Under the pieces are notes generated by a model. It was not told where the DNA came from and made no database searches. It saw nothing but the letters and a program-made list of their open reading frames with translations. Both the position numbers and the translations under genes were made by a program. This document shows, piece after piece, positions 37,896 to 48,665 of a DNA stretch of 64,000 nucleotides (positions are counted from its first letter, which is position 1; every line of letters starts with the position of its first letter). The stretch comes from an uncultured virus (IMG/VR IMGVR_UViG_3300036769_000405) (Duplodnaviria > Heunggongvirae > Uroviricota > Caudoviricetes), in the IMG/VR virus record IMGVR_UViG_3300036769_000405; one strand, 5' to 3'.

Positions 37896-38408
37896 ATGGA
37901 CACTTCATTGCAGGCTGTATCACAAGAGATTGATGACACAATACGTCAATTGATTATTGACACTAAGAAAGACTTAGAAGACGTTACGTTAGCTATTGAG
38001 GAACTTAGTGTGAAGCTGCAAAACATGGAGAAAACTGACTTGTCAGAAAATGCCGATTACCAGATTGCTAAAGATGAAAGAGCAATGAAAGCGGCTATGA
38101 GAAACTTATTGATTAAGCGTGTAGAATCGATGTCTCATGAAATCGGTAATTACACTCCTACCGGATTTATTCGTCTTGGAACAACAGTAGAGTTGATTGT
38201 AAACTCTATTGATGGAATTCAAAAGACATTACCTAAGAACAAGTTTGTATTCAAGCTTGTTCAACATGATACAAGCGATGCCTTAAAACGTTTAGTAGCT
38301 ATTGACAGTCATGTTGGTGCTGCTATACTTGGACGACCAGCAGGAGATATTGTTGTAGTTGAAGCGCCTGGTGGTAAAATCAATTATAAAATAGAAAGGA
38401 TTTACTAA
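37896..38408 (+). CDS. greA: GreA/GreB-family transcription elongation factor
   Basis: DLSENADYQIAK with acidic catalytic pair; LGTTVEL; SHVGAAILG...GDIVVVEAPGG...YKIERI. Confidence 0.88.
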   Translation: MDTSLQAVSQEIDDTIRQLIIDTKKDLEDVTLAIEELSVKLQNMEKTDLSENADYQIAKDERAMKAAMRNLLIKRVESMSHEIGNYTPTGFIRLGTTVELIVNSIDGIQKTLPKNKFVFKLVQHDTSDALKRLVAIDSHVGAAILGRPAGDIVVVEAPGGKINYKIERIY

Positions 38409-38410
38409 GT

Positions 38411-40630
38411 ATGGTTTACACAGCTAGTTTAAATGTGCCTGTTAAGAAAGCTTTAGGAAAACAGGCTGTGCAATCAAATCTTAATAAGATTTGTGAGCAG
38501 ATTACTCTGGATCCTGATACAACAAATATGGACGTTGTTTTCCTTGGACCTAGAGATTTAGTTGGACCAAAAGCTACAAAGATTCAACAGGTTTTACGCA
38601 GTAAACATCCAGATATCTGCGTTATCTATCTCTACAATAAATCAGATGAAGCTGATCTGATTGATTGTGAGTATAAGAAACAGTGTAAGAAAATCAGTGT
38701 TAATGAAGTTAATGAGGCATTCGAAGAATTTGTTGGGCAACACAAGATCCGGCAGGGTAAGCAGCAAATCTCTTCTGCAGATTTTGATGCGAGTCCTAAT
38801 GTAAATCTCGGACAAATGCCAGCTAATTCAGGCTACGGTTCTTATGGTATGTCTGGAGATGATGAGGTGTATTTAGCACCACAAAGTCCTATCCAACAGA
38901 GTCCTGCTATGGATGATTTAGATGGTTTGAATCTTGGAAACTTTGTACCTGATACCGGAAATGCTGAATTACAGGAACAGCAGCCTAGCACATTTCCTAT
39001 TCCGCCTATCGATAATTCAGCATATATCAATACAGAGCAGAAACCTCTTGATACACAACCGGCTCCCGAACCTGTGCTGCAACAGCAACCTGTGCATCCG
39101 AATTTCGATACAGAAACAGGAACGCCTTTGAACAATCAACAGCAATTTTACAGTCCAAAGCCGGAAGCAACAATTCCTGTTATCAACACAGAACCTGTCC
39201 AGACGATCGAAGATGCCATGGCAAATGTTAAAAACTATGAAGAATGGAACATTTTCAAGGAACATTTAAACCATGACTCTATTGTAAAGTCCCTGATTGC
39301 TGAAAACTCTGAGTATGTTGGTTTGATTAACATGCTTGATGTTCTCGATAAGAGAATTGAAACTGTGTGGCGTGATCCCGCTTTAACTTTTGAGCAGAAG
39401 TTTGATAAGATCAAAGACATTGGTTTGGAGCGTTCAGTAGTGCGTGCAACAACAAACAGTCAGAACGTTGAGAAAGTTATCTCTATTATCTCTACAATTG
39501 TACTGTCAGCAAAGCGTTCTGTTGAAGAGAAAATTCAGAATCTGGATGTTGCACTTTACAAGGTAACAACAGACAAAGAGAAAATCACAGACACTTCTTA
39601 TATCGACAAAGCTATTGAGGAGAGAACGAAAGTTCAACTTGAACTCCTTAATATATCCAGAAGTATTGTAGACCTTTACAAGTCTATTGATACGTTGGTT
39701 GTTGATGAGATTGCAGAACTGGATCGGAAATTACCATCTTCAAATGCTTTTATCAATGATATGGTAAAGCCTATTGGAACGCAGATTTTTACACCAACCA
39801 ATACAGCTGCACTTGCAAATAAACTCATGCGTGCATTGCAGGAGAACAGTGTTGTAGCTTCTCAGCTCGAGGAATCTGTTAATGCAGTTATCGACAATCT
39901 GTTCGAGTTGTGTGATAAAGATGAAGAGATTATCAGGTATCAGCAGAATATGATTAACATGTTGAAAGCACATCGTGTAGAAGATGTTATCATCTGCAAT
40001 ACGTTGTTGAAGAAAGTTCTTCGTCTCTATGTAGCAGCTGACAATACAGGACGTTCAGCAACTGCTATAACATGGAGTGGTATTTGCTCTAGACGGCAAA
40101 ACAGCTTGTTGGTAGATTTAACAGGACGTGCTAAGTTTAGGGAATATGGTATCACACCAATGCGTTTGGATGATTTCATGACCTCTAGACCTGAGCAGCA
40201 ATTTCTTTGCGTTGAATCAGATCATATACCAGCGCCGGAAGAATTACAGAAGATCGTAGAACAGTTGAAGTCTCGATTGAACTACTACCCATATGTAAAC
40301 GTTATCATGGCGCCGGAAGACACCAATGGTATTCAGCAACTTTCAGAGGAGGCTCTCTGTATTCATTACATAACCGATTGCTCCACAACATCCATTCGTG
40401 TTATGAAAGATGTTGTTGCAAATCATACAACGAAGAACATTGCTCGGAAACTTGTCACGATTGATACACCTGTATCACCGCTCATGATTGCAGACAGTAT
40501 TGGAATCAATCAGCCTGTAAAGATCGTAACACTTCCGGCAATACCTGCTATCAGAGCCTGCTCTTTACGGCACGATAGACCTTATGAATATACAGATGTT
40601 CAGAAGATTTTTGAGGAGGCTTTTAGATGA
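38411..40630 (+). CDS. Multidomain protein: receiver-like N-terminus, Pro/Gln linker, coiled coil, degenerate MinD/ParA-like C-terminus
   Basis: HPDICVIYL receiver-like segment; LYVAADNTGRSATA deviant P-loop; LLVDL; overlaps the PilB-like gene. Confidence 0.5.
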   Translation: MVYTASLNVPVKKALGKQAVQSNLNKICEQITLDPDTTNMDVVFLGPRDLVGPKATKIQQVLRSKHPDICVIYLYNKSDEADLIDCEYKKQCKKISVNEVNEAFEEFVGQHKIRQGKQQISSADFDASPNVNLGQMPANSGYGSYGMSGDDEVYLAPQSPIQQSPAMDDLDGLNLGNFVPDTGNAELQEQQPSTFPIPPIDNSAYINTEQKPLDTQPAPEPVLQQQPVHPNFDTETGTPLNNQQQFYSPKPEATIPVINTEPVQTIEDAMANVKNYEEWNIFKEHLNHDSIVKSLIAENSEYVGLINMLDVLDKRIETVWRDPALTFEQKFDKIKDIGLERSVVRATTNSQNVEKVISIISTIVLSAKRSVEEKIQNLDVALYKVTTDKEKITDTSYIDKAIEERTKVQLELLNISRSIVDLYKSIDTLVVDEIAELDRKLPSSNAFINDMVKPIGTQIFTPTNTAALANKLMRALQENSVVASQLEESVNAVIDNLFELCDKDEEIIRYQQNMINMLKAHRVEDVIICNTLLKKVLRLYVAADNTGRSATAITWSGICSRRQNSLLVDLTGRAKFREYGITPMRLDDFMTSRPEQQFLCVESDHIPAPEELQKIVEQLKSRLNYYPYVNVIMAPEDTNGIQQLSEEALCIHYITDCSTTSIRVMKDVVANHTTKNIARKLVTIDTPVSPLMIADSIGINQPVKIVTLPAIPAIRACSLRHDRPYEYTDVQKIFEEAFR

Positions 40631-42009
40631 TCCAATCTTTGATCGGTATCATAAATGCTGTCGATTCTAGTTTGATCGATCAGAAAACTTCTTTACGCTT
40701 TAAGGATAAGAGCGCTTTCAGAACACCGGAAGCGCTCATTATTCATGAGCAGCAAGTAATCTCTGATGAACGTTTATTAGAAGCGTTACAAAGAGAATAC
40801 AATACGATATTAGTGACACCTACAGTTCGCTACATCCCTAAGGATATTCTTGAGATGTTTAGGCAACTACCTGTTGTAGTCCTTGACTATGATGTTGCTA
40901 ACAGTATTATTACTCTTGGTACTATACCTGAGTTTAAAGGAGTTAAAGATAAACTTTTTAGTGATCAGTACATTCTTCACTTAAGTTTAGTTCCTATATA
41001 CTATTACGTAGAACTTTACACAAAGCAGTTTGGAGAACCTGACTTTCTTGCAGAACTTCCTATTAAAGATAAATGGGATTTCATTGTACAAGAAGCTTTA
41101 CAGTTAGGTGCCTCTGATATAACAATCACTAACACTTATTCTGGTGCAAAGGTTTACTATTCGGCTCGTAAAAAGAAAGTAATGTCAAAACGTCAAATTA
41201 AACATGATGACGTTCATGAAATTGCTTCTTTGCTTTCATCATCAGCTAAAGCAACAATGGCTGATGATTCAGCCAAGCCTAGATTTTTTGCAGTAGATAT
41301 CAATAAACAGAATCGTGGGCGTGTTGTTATTAATAGAACTTATTATGGTGAGTTAATCACTATAAGAGTTTTATCAAATACTCTAATTGACAAATCATTG
41401 GAAGATTTGAATTTGTCATCATCAACAATAATGTTTATTCGTGAAACCATGTTGTCACAAGAGAAGGGTTTACGTTTATTTATTGGAGAGACTGGTGCTG
41501 GAAAGAACATGTCAATTCTTTGCGCTCTGTGTGAATTAGTTCGAAAGAACAATTACAAGATAGTCAGCTTGGAACAACCTGTGGAAATACTTGTTGACGG
41601 CATTGAACAAATAAATGCCGAGACTGACCAGGAATTTGAAGAGAATGCTGATTCACTGCTACGGCAGAATCCTGATATAGTGTACTTTACTGAAATAACC
41701 GCAAGAACAGCTAAAGCTATCATGCAACAATCAAACACAGCTAAAGCTGTTTTCTCAACTGTTCACGCAAACAGTATTGCGGATGTTTTATTCCGACTTG
41801 AAGATATAACACAAATGCCGATAGATAGAATTATTTTAACGTTACACAGTTGTGTATATCAGGAATTGGTTCGGGATGACAAACTTGATCGCGTTAAACC
41901 TTATACACGTTGTGTGTATTTCTCAGAGGATCTTAAAATGCGTTTGTATGGAAAAAGTATTCCTGAGATTATAGGAATTCTACGCGGTGAAGAAAATAGA
42001 TGGAAATAG
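40627..42009 (+). CDS. PilB/GspE-family secretion ATPase
   Basis: ISDERLLEAL N-domain, GASDI, GETGAGKN, SLEQPVE, LLRQNPDIVYFTEI, STVHANS. Confidence 0.85.
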   Translation: MIQSLIGIINAVDSSLIDQKTSLRFKDKSAFRTPEALIIHEQQVISDERLLEALQREYNTILVTPTVRYIPKDILEMFRQLPVVVLDYDVANSIITLGTIPEFKGVKDKLFSDQYILHLSLVPIYYYVELYTKQFGEPDFLAELPIKDKWDFIVQEALQLGASDITITNTYSGAKVYYSARKKKVMSKRQIKHDDVHEIASLLSSSAKATMADDSAKPRFFAVDINKQNRGRVVINRTYYGELITIRVLSNTLIDKSLEDLNLSSSTIMFIRETMLSQEKGLRLFIGETGAGKNMSILCALCELVRKNNYKIVSLEQPVEILVDGIEQINAETDQEFEENADSLLRQNPDIVYFTEITARTAKAIMQQSNTAKAVFSTVHANSIADVLFRLEDITQMPIDRIILTLHSCVYQELVRDDKLDRVKPYTRCVYFSEDLKMRLYGKSIPEIIGILRGEENRWK

Positions 42010-42025
42010 GTTAGGAGGTTATATT

Positions 42026-42328
42026 ATGGGTACTATTGCTTACTATGCAAAGTTGTATAACAATACTACAGTAAAACAGCCTCATGTGTTAAAAGAGCCT
42101 GAGAAAGAGTTTGCTGGAAGAGCAATAATATCTGATGCAAAAGAGATTACTTTAGCTGAGTATGATCTTGATACAAAGGATGCTATTACAGCACATCATT
42201 TGAAAGATTATAGACGTAAACGTTTTAATCTTGTTTTACTTCCTAAGATCGATACTTTATTCGATAGAATACTGGAAGGGAGTGAATATTGGAATGGCTT
42301 GTTACACAATGACGGCGCTTACTCATAA
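42026..42328 (+). CDS. Hypothetical protein
   Basis: AGGAGG SD supports ATG 42026. Confidence 0.65.
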   Translation: MGTIAYYAKLYNNTTVKQPHVLKEPEKEFAGRAIISDAKEITLAEYDLDTKDAITAHHLKDYRRKRFNLVLLPKIDTLFDRILEGSEYWNGLLHNDGAYS

Positions 42329-42926
42329 TAGTAAGTGGTTTACATTTCACATGGAAGATATTCCAACACCTTTCAATACAAAGGAATTTGCTTTGTTACG
42401 TAGACCAAATACACCACGATTACTCATTGACTCTATTCGGAGAGGTGATGAAGAATCAGGATTATTTGAGGGTGATATCATTTCCATGAATGGGGAAGAT
42501 TGGTTGATTTGTTATGAGCGTGGATTTTATGCTATTAACAAGGATTATATAATTAGATATCTATATACGTTATCTGATTATAAATATCTTGGTACTTGCT
42601 TCGATATTAAGAGTCCTATACCAATTAACTTTAGATCCAGACATCGATTTATTTATAAGGATTTAATTTTCAGAATCAATGATATTGTAGGAGCTTATGA
42701 TGATAAGTTACTTTTACGTCCAGTTTCCAAACCGGTTAATGTAGCAGAAGTACATCAGGAGTGTTGTATTACATACAACAAACAGAGAATTTATCTCAAT
42801 GATTCAATTGATGATGGCATTGTTGAACTACATGGTGGACGTGTTACATTAAACAAAGATAATAACCTTATTGATTTAGCAACAGGAGGTTCCCTAGATG
42901 GATATATTCCCAAACCTACTCGGTGA
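42294..42926 (+). CDS. YopX-like protein
   Basis: GLFEGDII...ICYERGFY resembles the YopX IYEGDI motif. Confidence 0.45.
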   Translation: MACYTMTALTHNSKWFTFHMEDIPTPFNTKEFALLRRPNTPRLLIDSIRRGDEESGLFEGDIISMNGEDWLICYERGFYAINKDYIIRYLYTLSDYKYLGTCFDIKSPIPINFRSRHRFIYKDLIFRINDIVGAYDDKLLLRPVSKPVNVAEVHQECCITYNKQRIYLNDSIDDGIVELHGGRVTLNKDNNLIDLATGGSLDGYIPKPTR

Positions 42927-43524
42927 TGCTGAGTTTAGAAATTTCACACAGCAAGATTATGCTGTATTAAGTGGAGTATTGAATGATACATTGGCTAAGT
43001 ATCTCAGTGATTATATAAAGAATCCAGAAGCCGACCCCAAGGTAGTGCAGGATATCAAAGATAATCTTAATGATTACATTGAGAGTTTAACTTTCCATTT
43101 CATTTTACGTGAAAATGGAACACTTGATTTAATCGGGAAAATATCACCGGAAACTATTCTATCATCTGGAGCAGACCTGAATGATATTTATACTAAGTTG
43201 AAATATCTGGAAGATAATATCAGTAAGCTTCGAACTTTTATTCCACCTAGAACAAAAACTAACTATACAGATTTTGTACAAATGATTAGCAGAGTTGTTG
43301 GTACTATGATTGCTAATAATCAGCAACCAACATATCCTGATATCATGCAGCGAATTGGTAGTAACAAATTTGTGTTTTATATTCCTGGAGATTCTGGTCA
43401 CAATACTGGAACAGGTATTGTAAATTCTAGAAGACGACAGTGGACAATGTGTCTACGTGGTTTAGAATACAAGAAGTACTGTGATGATAATGGTATAAAT
43501 CTATTTCGTAGGAGAGTATTCTAA
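42898..43524 (+). CDS. Hypothetical protein
   Basis: 208 aa, AGGAGG SD. Confidence 0.7.
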   Translation: MDIFPNLLGDAEFRNFTQQDYAVLSGVLNDTLAKYLSDYIKNPEADPKVVQDIKDNLNDYIESLTFHFILRENGTLDLIGKISPETILSSGADLNDIYTKLKYLEDNISKLRTFIPPRTKTNYTDFVQMISRVVGTMIANNQQPTYPDIMQRIGSNKFVFYIPGDSGHNTGTGIVNSRRRQWTMCLRGLEYKKYCDDNGINLFRRRVF

Positions 43525-44435
43525 TGAGTAAAGTTTTACACATTTTTGACTTAATGCCTTTTATTCATGCTGGACATGTTAATAAGGCTTCTAAACTTGA
43601 ACAACTTGTTGATGTTGGTACAACATGGAAGATGCAAGTAACGCCCACTGGTGGGTTATCTTTAGTCTTCAACACTCTTTATCCTTTATTGGGCAAGGGT
43701 GATTTTGTGTTTTGTAGTGACAGAACTCCAACAATAAAGAAAGATATGTTAACAAGTTATAAAAGTAATCGTGACCATAATCCAAACATTGCAGTTGAAC
43801 AGGCTGTTGCAGAATATATATTGCAGGTTTGTAATTGCTCTGTAATAGCTCGTTCTGGGTATGAAGCAGATGATATTATTTACACACTTGTAAAACGGCT
43901 CCATTCTGCTTATGACGAGATTTACATTTATACAGGTGACTCCGATCTTTATTTCCTCGTAGATGAGATCGTTTCAATCAAGCCTAGTAGTAGTCAGGCA
44001 AAAGAAGTAAACATTTACAATTATGAGGATGTACTTGCTAAGAAAGGTGCAAGATATAATACAATGACTGTGCAAAAAATTCTTAAAGGTGATGTTTCGG
44101 ATTGTATCCCTGGATTACCTAAGAACTTACAATTGATACTTGCTCAGACATTATATCAAGAGCCTATGTTACCTCAATTAGGTAATAGAGAATTTGTTAG
44201 GCAATGGGTTCAATATTTAGCACCTGAAGCTGTTAAGCAAGTAGATCTGGTATTTCCGCTTGATGTTGATGATGTTCCTATTGACTTCTTGGAGCCTAAT
44301 AGGCACTACATAGTGAACTTTGGAGCAGCTATTAACAATAAGTATCTGCGTGGAAAAGGAACACCTGATTTTGATATTGACCCTTATATTAGTGATATTC
44401 AAAGTCACGGGTATTATATTGAGGAGGATAACTAA
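43524..44435 (+). CDS. Stand-alone 5'-3' exonuclease / flap endonuclease (PolI N-terminal-like)
   Basis: HIFD, YKSNR, GYEADDIIYT, TGDSDL, LKGDVSDCIPGL. Confidence 0.9.
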   Translation: MSKVLHIFDLMPFIHAGHVNKASKLEQLVDVGTTWKMQVTPTGGLSLVFNTLYPLLGKGDFVFCSDRTPTIKKDMLTSYKSNRDHNPNIAVEQAVAEYILQVCNCSVIARSGYEADDIIYTLVKRLHSAYDEIYIYTGDSDLYFLVDEIVSIKPSSSQAKEVNIYNYEDVLAKKGARYNTMTVQKILKGDVSDCIPGLPKNLQLILAQTLYQEPMLPQLGNREFVRQWVQYLAPEAVKQVDLVFPLDVDDVPIDFLEPNRHYIVNFGAAINNKYLRGKGTPDFDIDPYISDIQSHGYYIEEDN

Positions 44436-44710
44436 TGTCAGCTATTATTAGAAGAGATATACAAATTCCGGTAATTATAACACATGATAAGAAGCATTGT
44501 GATATTTATATTCCTGATATGGATATCACTGTTCATGGTCATGATTATGTTGATACATTATCAAATGCCATTATGAAAGCCAGTGCTATATATTATTACA
44601 ATCTTGAGCGTAATCTTAAGCTTGTGTTGAATACCACGTATGCACAGGCTGAAAAACTTTGTGCGACAAGAAAGGGTAGTTTCACATCCTATATCGGGTT
44701 AACTGCTTAG
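44435..44710 (+). CDS. HicB-like domain protein
   Basis: DIYIPDMDITVHGHDYVDTLSNA resembles V..PDL.G..T.G.T.EEA..NA. Confidence 0.55.
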   Translation: MSAIIRRDIQIPVIITHDKKHCDIYIPDMDITVHGHDYVDTLSNAIMKASAIYYYNLERNLKLVLNTTYAQAEKLCATRKGSFTSYIGLTA

Positions 44711-44720
44711 GGAGGTATAT

Positions 44721-47700
44721 ATGAAGAGAAATCTTAAAAAGATTATTACTTATATATGTCTACTTGCAGTTCTCGTAACTACTTTACCATTTCAAACAAT
44801 AACAGTAAATGCTATGTATGCAGATAGGGATGAGTTCTATAACGCTCTGTTTGCTACAGCAGCGGCTCCTTATTTGATGACTTGTCAGCCTGATGATGCT
44901 ATTATTCTAACGAGTAAAGTTGAATTAGTATCAGGTGATCAATCAGTAAACTATGATGGTGGTGTTTTTGATCTGCCAAGATTATCTTACAAGTACCATT
45001 ACGAGATATTTGGAAACAGTAATTATTTCCTCGGTGATACAATTTACCCTACATTATGTATTTATTCAGCAGCTAAAGATGGTTCGTGCACATTACGTAT
45101 TGTAAGTGATGCTGAAAGTAAAGTAGTGTTTTCTTGTACAGTATCTATTTCACCTGATACACCAAATTGGATTGAAGGTATTGACTATTGGTACCCGTCA
45201 CATGATCTTGCCGAAACAGATACACGACCAGCTGTTACTGCTAAGAAATTTGAAGACTGCTCTGCTGAAGTTGTACAGGGTATAATCGATGCTGGTGGTA
45301 AAGCACGTATGTACAATGGAACACCAAGTGCATACGACGCTAAAATGCATACAAATGCTATCGTTATGGATTCTTATACAATTACTCCTGAGTACTTTTG
45401 GGATTGTTTGTCTGGTTATTCATTTGATTTCTATAATGCAGCTGATGAAGCTTATGCTTACACACCACTTGAAATTTCTGATAGTAACTTCACATCTAAG
45501 TACAATATTAAAGATTATATTGGAGCAATAGATGATGGTTTAGGTGCCCGTGTTGGTCTTCTATTCGGAGGAAGTTTGTTAGAAGGCTGTACTTATAACA
45601 ATAATACTGGTGATTGTTCAACAATACTTACATCGGGTGTTACTTACCCACTCTACTATTTTATTGCAACATCAGCAGGTTGTTATTGGAGTAAGATTAC
45701 AGATACAACAGCTGTATCATCAGAAGAATTGAAATCAACTTCAACAAGTGCTCCTACAATGAGTTGGGCAGCTAATCAGTATTACAATCTTGAGACAGGT
45801 GTTACTACTACAATGGCTGGTATTACATCAGATGTTACTGATGATTCATTGGAATATGGTCCAATCTCTTTTGATGACTTTTACACTTCCAATTATAATT
45901 CTAGTGGTGGATTATCAATGAGATCAGGCAAGTATCAGTTTATGCACAGTAATACAACTACTGTTACTGGTATAAACGTGTACGCTAATTCACTTATGTA
46001 TAACGGTGTTATTCCACACTATGGTACATTAACTCTTCAGCAGAAACCTAATACTCTAACGATCAATTATTATTACAAGACGCCTACAGCTACAACTTGG
46101 AGATTACTTGATACGTTGAATTATACAGCTTCTACTTTTACATCAAGTGATTATCGTGCAATGCCTTCTATCGATAACTATGCTGCTAATTGTTGGTACA
46201 CTGATACTGACTTAACAACGAAGTTTGATCCATCAACAATGATTGATACAACAAAAGATTCAACGATATCACTTTATGGTAGTTATACATATGATGGTCC
46301 AACTTATAGTGTTACTTATTACAATAACCTATCTGGTGCTTCATCTACAGCAACATATAATCTTGATCAAAAGCCTACATTACCAGATAACCCAACAGCA
46401 TCTAATGGTTATTCTTTCAAGAATTGGGCAATCGTTAATAAGAAAGATGATGAGTCTGGAACTGATTATATAGCTTCTACATTTAGTCCTGAGGGTAATG
46501 CAAGTTATATATTCAAAACAATGTGGGATGTTGAGGGAATTATTGTTCGTGTGTTAACATCAAAAACCAACTACTACGTTGGTGATAATATAGATACATC
46601 ATTGTTACAGGTATGGGTCCAGGACAGTAGTGATGTGAACGATACCAGAATACTTGAATCAAATGAATACACTCTCAGTTCTACCAAAATAAGTAAAACT
46701 GGTATAAATCAGTTTACAATAACTTATACAAAGACTGGTGCAACTGCAATATGTGAACTTAATGGATTAGAAGTAATTCCTGTATCAATTTCAGCTACTT
46801 ACAAAGGTGGAGATACAGTTGTCGGAACTGAATTAAAACCAAGTGATTTTAACTGTGTTATTAATTACAATAACGGATCTAGTGTAGCTATTTCAGATTT
46901 CACAATTTCACCAACGACCATTAGTACTGTTGGGAATAATCCAATCACAGTAGCTTATACTGATTACACAACAAGTGTTTCTATAACCGGTATTAAAGAT
47001 GATACAAAGACAGCAACTTTAAAGTCTATTTCAGCTTCTTTTACAGGTAATCAACCTTATGTTGGTAGTACGATTTCGGCTAGTGATTTACTTGTTACAG
47101 CTTTCTATTCTGATAATACAAGTAAAACTTTAGCCTCAACTGCATTCACATTTAGCCCTAGTAAATTCAATACAGCTGGTATGCAATCTATTTCTGTTAG
47201 CTATAGTGGATTAAGTACATCTGTTCTTGTATCTGTAAAAGATAGTAGTAACAGTAGCTCAGGATCAAACTCTGGAAGCAGTGATTCTGATAGTTCAGGT
47301 TCTAGTGATAACAATACATCAAGTTCTGGAAGTAATACATCAAGTTCTAGTAATACCAATACATCAAGTTCATCAGGATCTAGTGATTCAGATGTAATTG
47401 CCGGAGACTCTATATTAGATTCATTATTCAGCGGATTATTTGATGACTTGTTTGATATGTCAAACTGGGATATTGATTATTCAGATTCTAGTTATGATTA
47501 TTCAGATTCAAGTGCAACATCAAACTCAGGAGGCAGTAGTTCAAACTCATCAAGTTCAAACTCATCAAGTTCAAACTCTAGTTCTTACACAAGTTCTGGA
47601 TTGAGTTCAAGTTCTGCATCATCAAGTGATAAAGGAACATCACCTGGATATCTACACGCTGCAAATATCCTAACAAATACAATGGGATTGGCTAATGCTA

Positions 47701-48599
47701 CTAGTTCTTCTATTGTTGATATCAAGTCTTATTTGGAAGCTGCTGACAGTAATTCTACTGTATATATAACTCTAACTAATGGTGCTAATGGTAATGATAT
47801 AACATCTGATATGTTTAAAATAATCAAGGATAAGAAGTTAAATGTATACCTTGATATGATATCATCTTCAACAACATCATCAGTAGCAAATTGGTTAATA
47901 TCAGGTGAATTACTTGAAGATACAGCAAGTGCTTTAAACCCTAACATTTCTTTTGAAGTTGAGGATAAGGCTTCTGATAGGCTTGTTTATTTCGCCACAG
48001 CAGGTACGGTATTTCCTACAGGTTTAACCTTAACAGTTTATCCTAATATCTCATGCTATGGTTCTGGTGAACTGATTCGTCTCTACAGTTGTGATTTGAG
48101 TAAGAATAATGCTCATTTGTTATCAACATTTACATGGCAGGATTCCGTTAATAGTATTGTTATGGATGTTTATACAACACCTAACTTGTGCTTATCAAAC
48201 TCATTGTTAGCTTATAACGATGGTGCTTCATTGAAAGATGAAAACGGATTGCCTAGTGTAGACGATACTGTAGAAACTGACGAAGATACAGATAGCTCTT
48301 TTGACTGGGGAGTCGAAGACGAAGAGGAACCCTTTGATTGGGGGGATAGTGAAACTGAATCCCCAAATCTTTCCAAGGTTCAACCTGTATTGATAATTTT
48401 AATTGCTGTTGCCGCTTTATCTGTACTTGGTGGTTTAGGTACTTTCTTAATACTACATAGTAAAAGGAAATCTATATCTATTGATAATAGCTTTAATGCT
48501 TTTATGGGTGATGAAGCTTCTGATAATTTAGAAGATTATGAAGAAGCTTCTGATGAATCTGAAGATGAAAATGACATGGATAATTTTCCAGAAGAATAA
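44721..48599 (+). CDS. Large membrane-anchored surface protein (B-repeat and Ig-like domains, Ser-rich stalk)
   Basis: Signal peptide; GYSFKNW; three YVGD/VVGT/YVGS Ig-like repeats; poly-Ser; C-terminal TM and acidic tail. Confidence 0.8.
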   Translation: MKRNLKKIITYICLLAVLVTTLPFQTITVNAMYADRDEFYNALFATAAAPYLMTCQPDDAIILTSKVELVSGDQSVNYDGGVFDLPRLSYKYHYEIFGNSNYFLGDTIYPTLCIYSAAKDGSCTLRIVSDAESKVVFSCTVSISPDTPNWIEGIDYWYPSHDLAETDTRPAVTAKKFEDCSAEVVQGIIDAGGKARMYNGTPSAYDAKMHTNAIVMDSYTITPEYFWDCLSGYSFDFYNAADEAYAYTPLEISDSNFTSKYNIKDYIGAIDDGLGARVGLLFGGSLLEGCTYNNNTGDCSTILTSGVTYPLYYFIATSAGCYWSKITDTTAVSSEELKSTSTSAPTMSWAANQYYNLETGVTTTMAGITSDVTDDSLEYGPISFDDFYTSNYNSSGGLSMRSGKYQFMHSNTTTVTGINVYANSLMYNGVIPHYGTLTLQQKPNTLTINYYYKTPTATTWRLLDTLNYTASTFTSSDYRAMPSIDNYAANCWYTDTDLTTKFDPSTMIDTTKDSTISLYGSYTYDGPTYSVTYYNNLSGASSTATYNLDQKPTLPDNPTASNGYSFKNWAIVNKKDDESGTDYIASTFSPEGNASYIFKTMWDVEGIIVRVLTSKTNYYVGDNIDTSLLQVWVQDSSDVNDTRILESNEYTLSSTKISKTGINQFTITYTKTGATAICELNGLEVIPVSISATYKGGDTVVGTELKPSDFNCVINYNNGSSVAISDFTISPTTISTVGNNPITVAYTDYTTSVSITGIKDDTKTATLKSISASFTGNQPYVGSTISASDLLVTAFYSDNTSKTLASTAFTFSPSKFNTAGMQSISVSYSGLSTSVLVSVKDSSNSSSGSNSGSSDSDSSGSSDNNTSSSGSNTSSSSNTNTSSSSGSSDSDVIAGDSILDSLFSGLFDDLFDMSNWDIDYSDSSYDYSDSSATSNSGGSSSNSSSSNSSSSNSSSYTSSGLSSSSASSSDKGTSPGYLHAANILTNTMGLANATSSSIVDIKSYLEAADSNSTVYITLTNGANGNDITSDMFKIIKDKKLNVYLDMISSSTTSSVANWLISGELLEDTASALNPNISFEVEDKASDRLVYFATAGTVFPTGLTLTVYPNISCYGSGELIRLYSCDLSKNNAHLLSTFTWQDSVNSIVMDVYTTPNLCLSNSLLAYNDGASLKDENGLPSVDDTVETDEDTDSSFDWGVEDEEEPFDWGDSETESPNLSKVQPVLIILIAVAALSVLGGLGTFLILHSKRKSISIDNSFNAFMGDEASDNLEDYEEASDESEDENDMDNFPEE
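47538..47578 (+). repeat. 15-bp tandem repeat AGTTCAAACTCATCA x2.7
   Basis: Encodes SSNSS units of the Ser-rich stalk. Confidence 0.8.
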
Positions 48600-48620
48600 T
48601 TTTTAATTTTCAGATTCTTT

Positions 48621-48648
48621 TATTTACTTAAGCAGTTATATACTTATG
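48621..48648 (+). promoter_or_regulatory. Putative promoter motif TATTT-N11-TATATA-N4-TG
   Basis: Same spacing as 10747 and 26915. Confidence 0.5.
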
Positions 48649-48665
48649 AAGGAGGCGACATCGAA

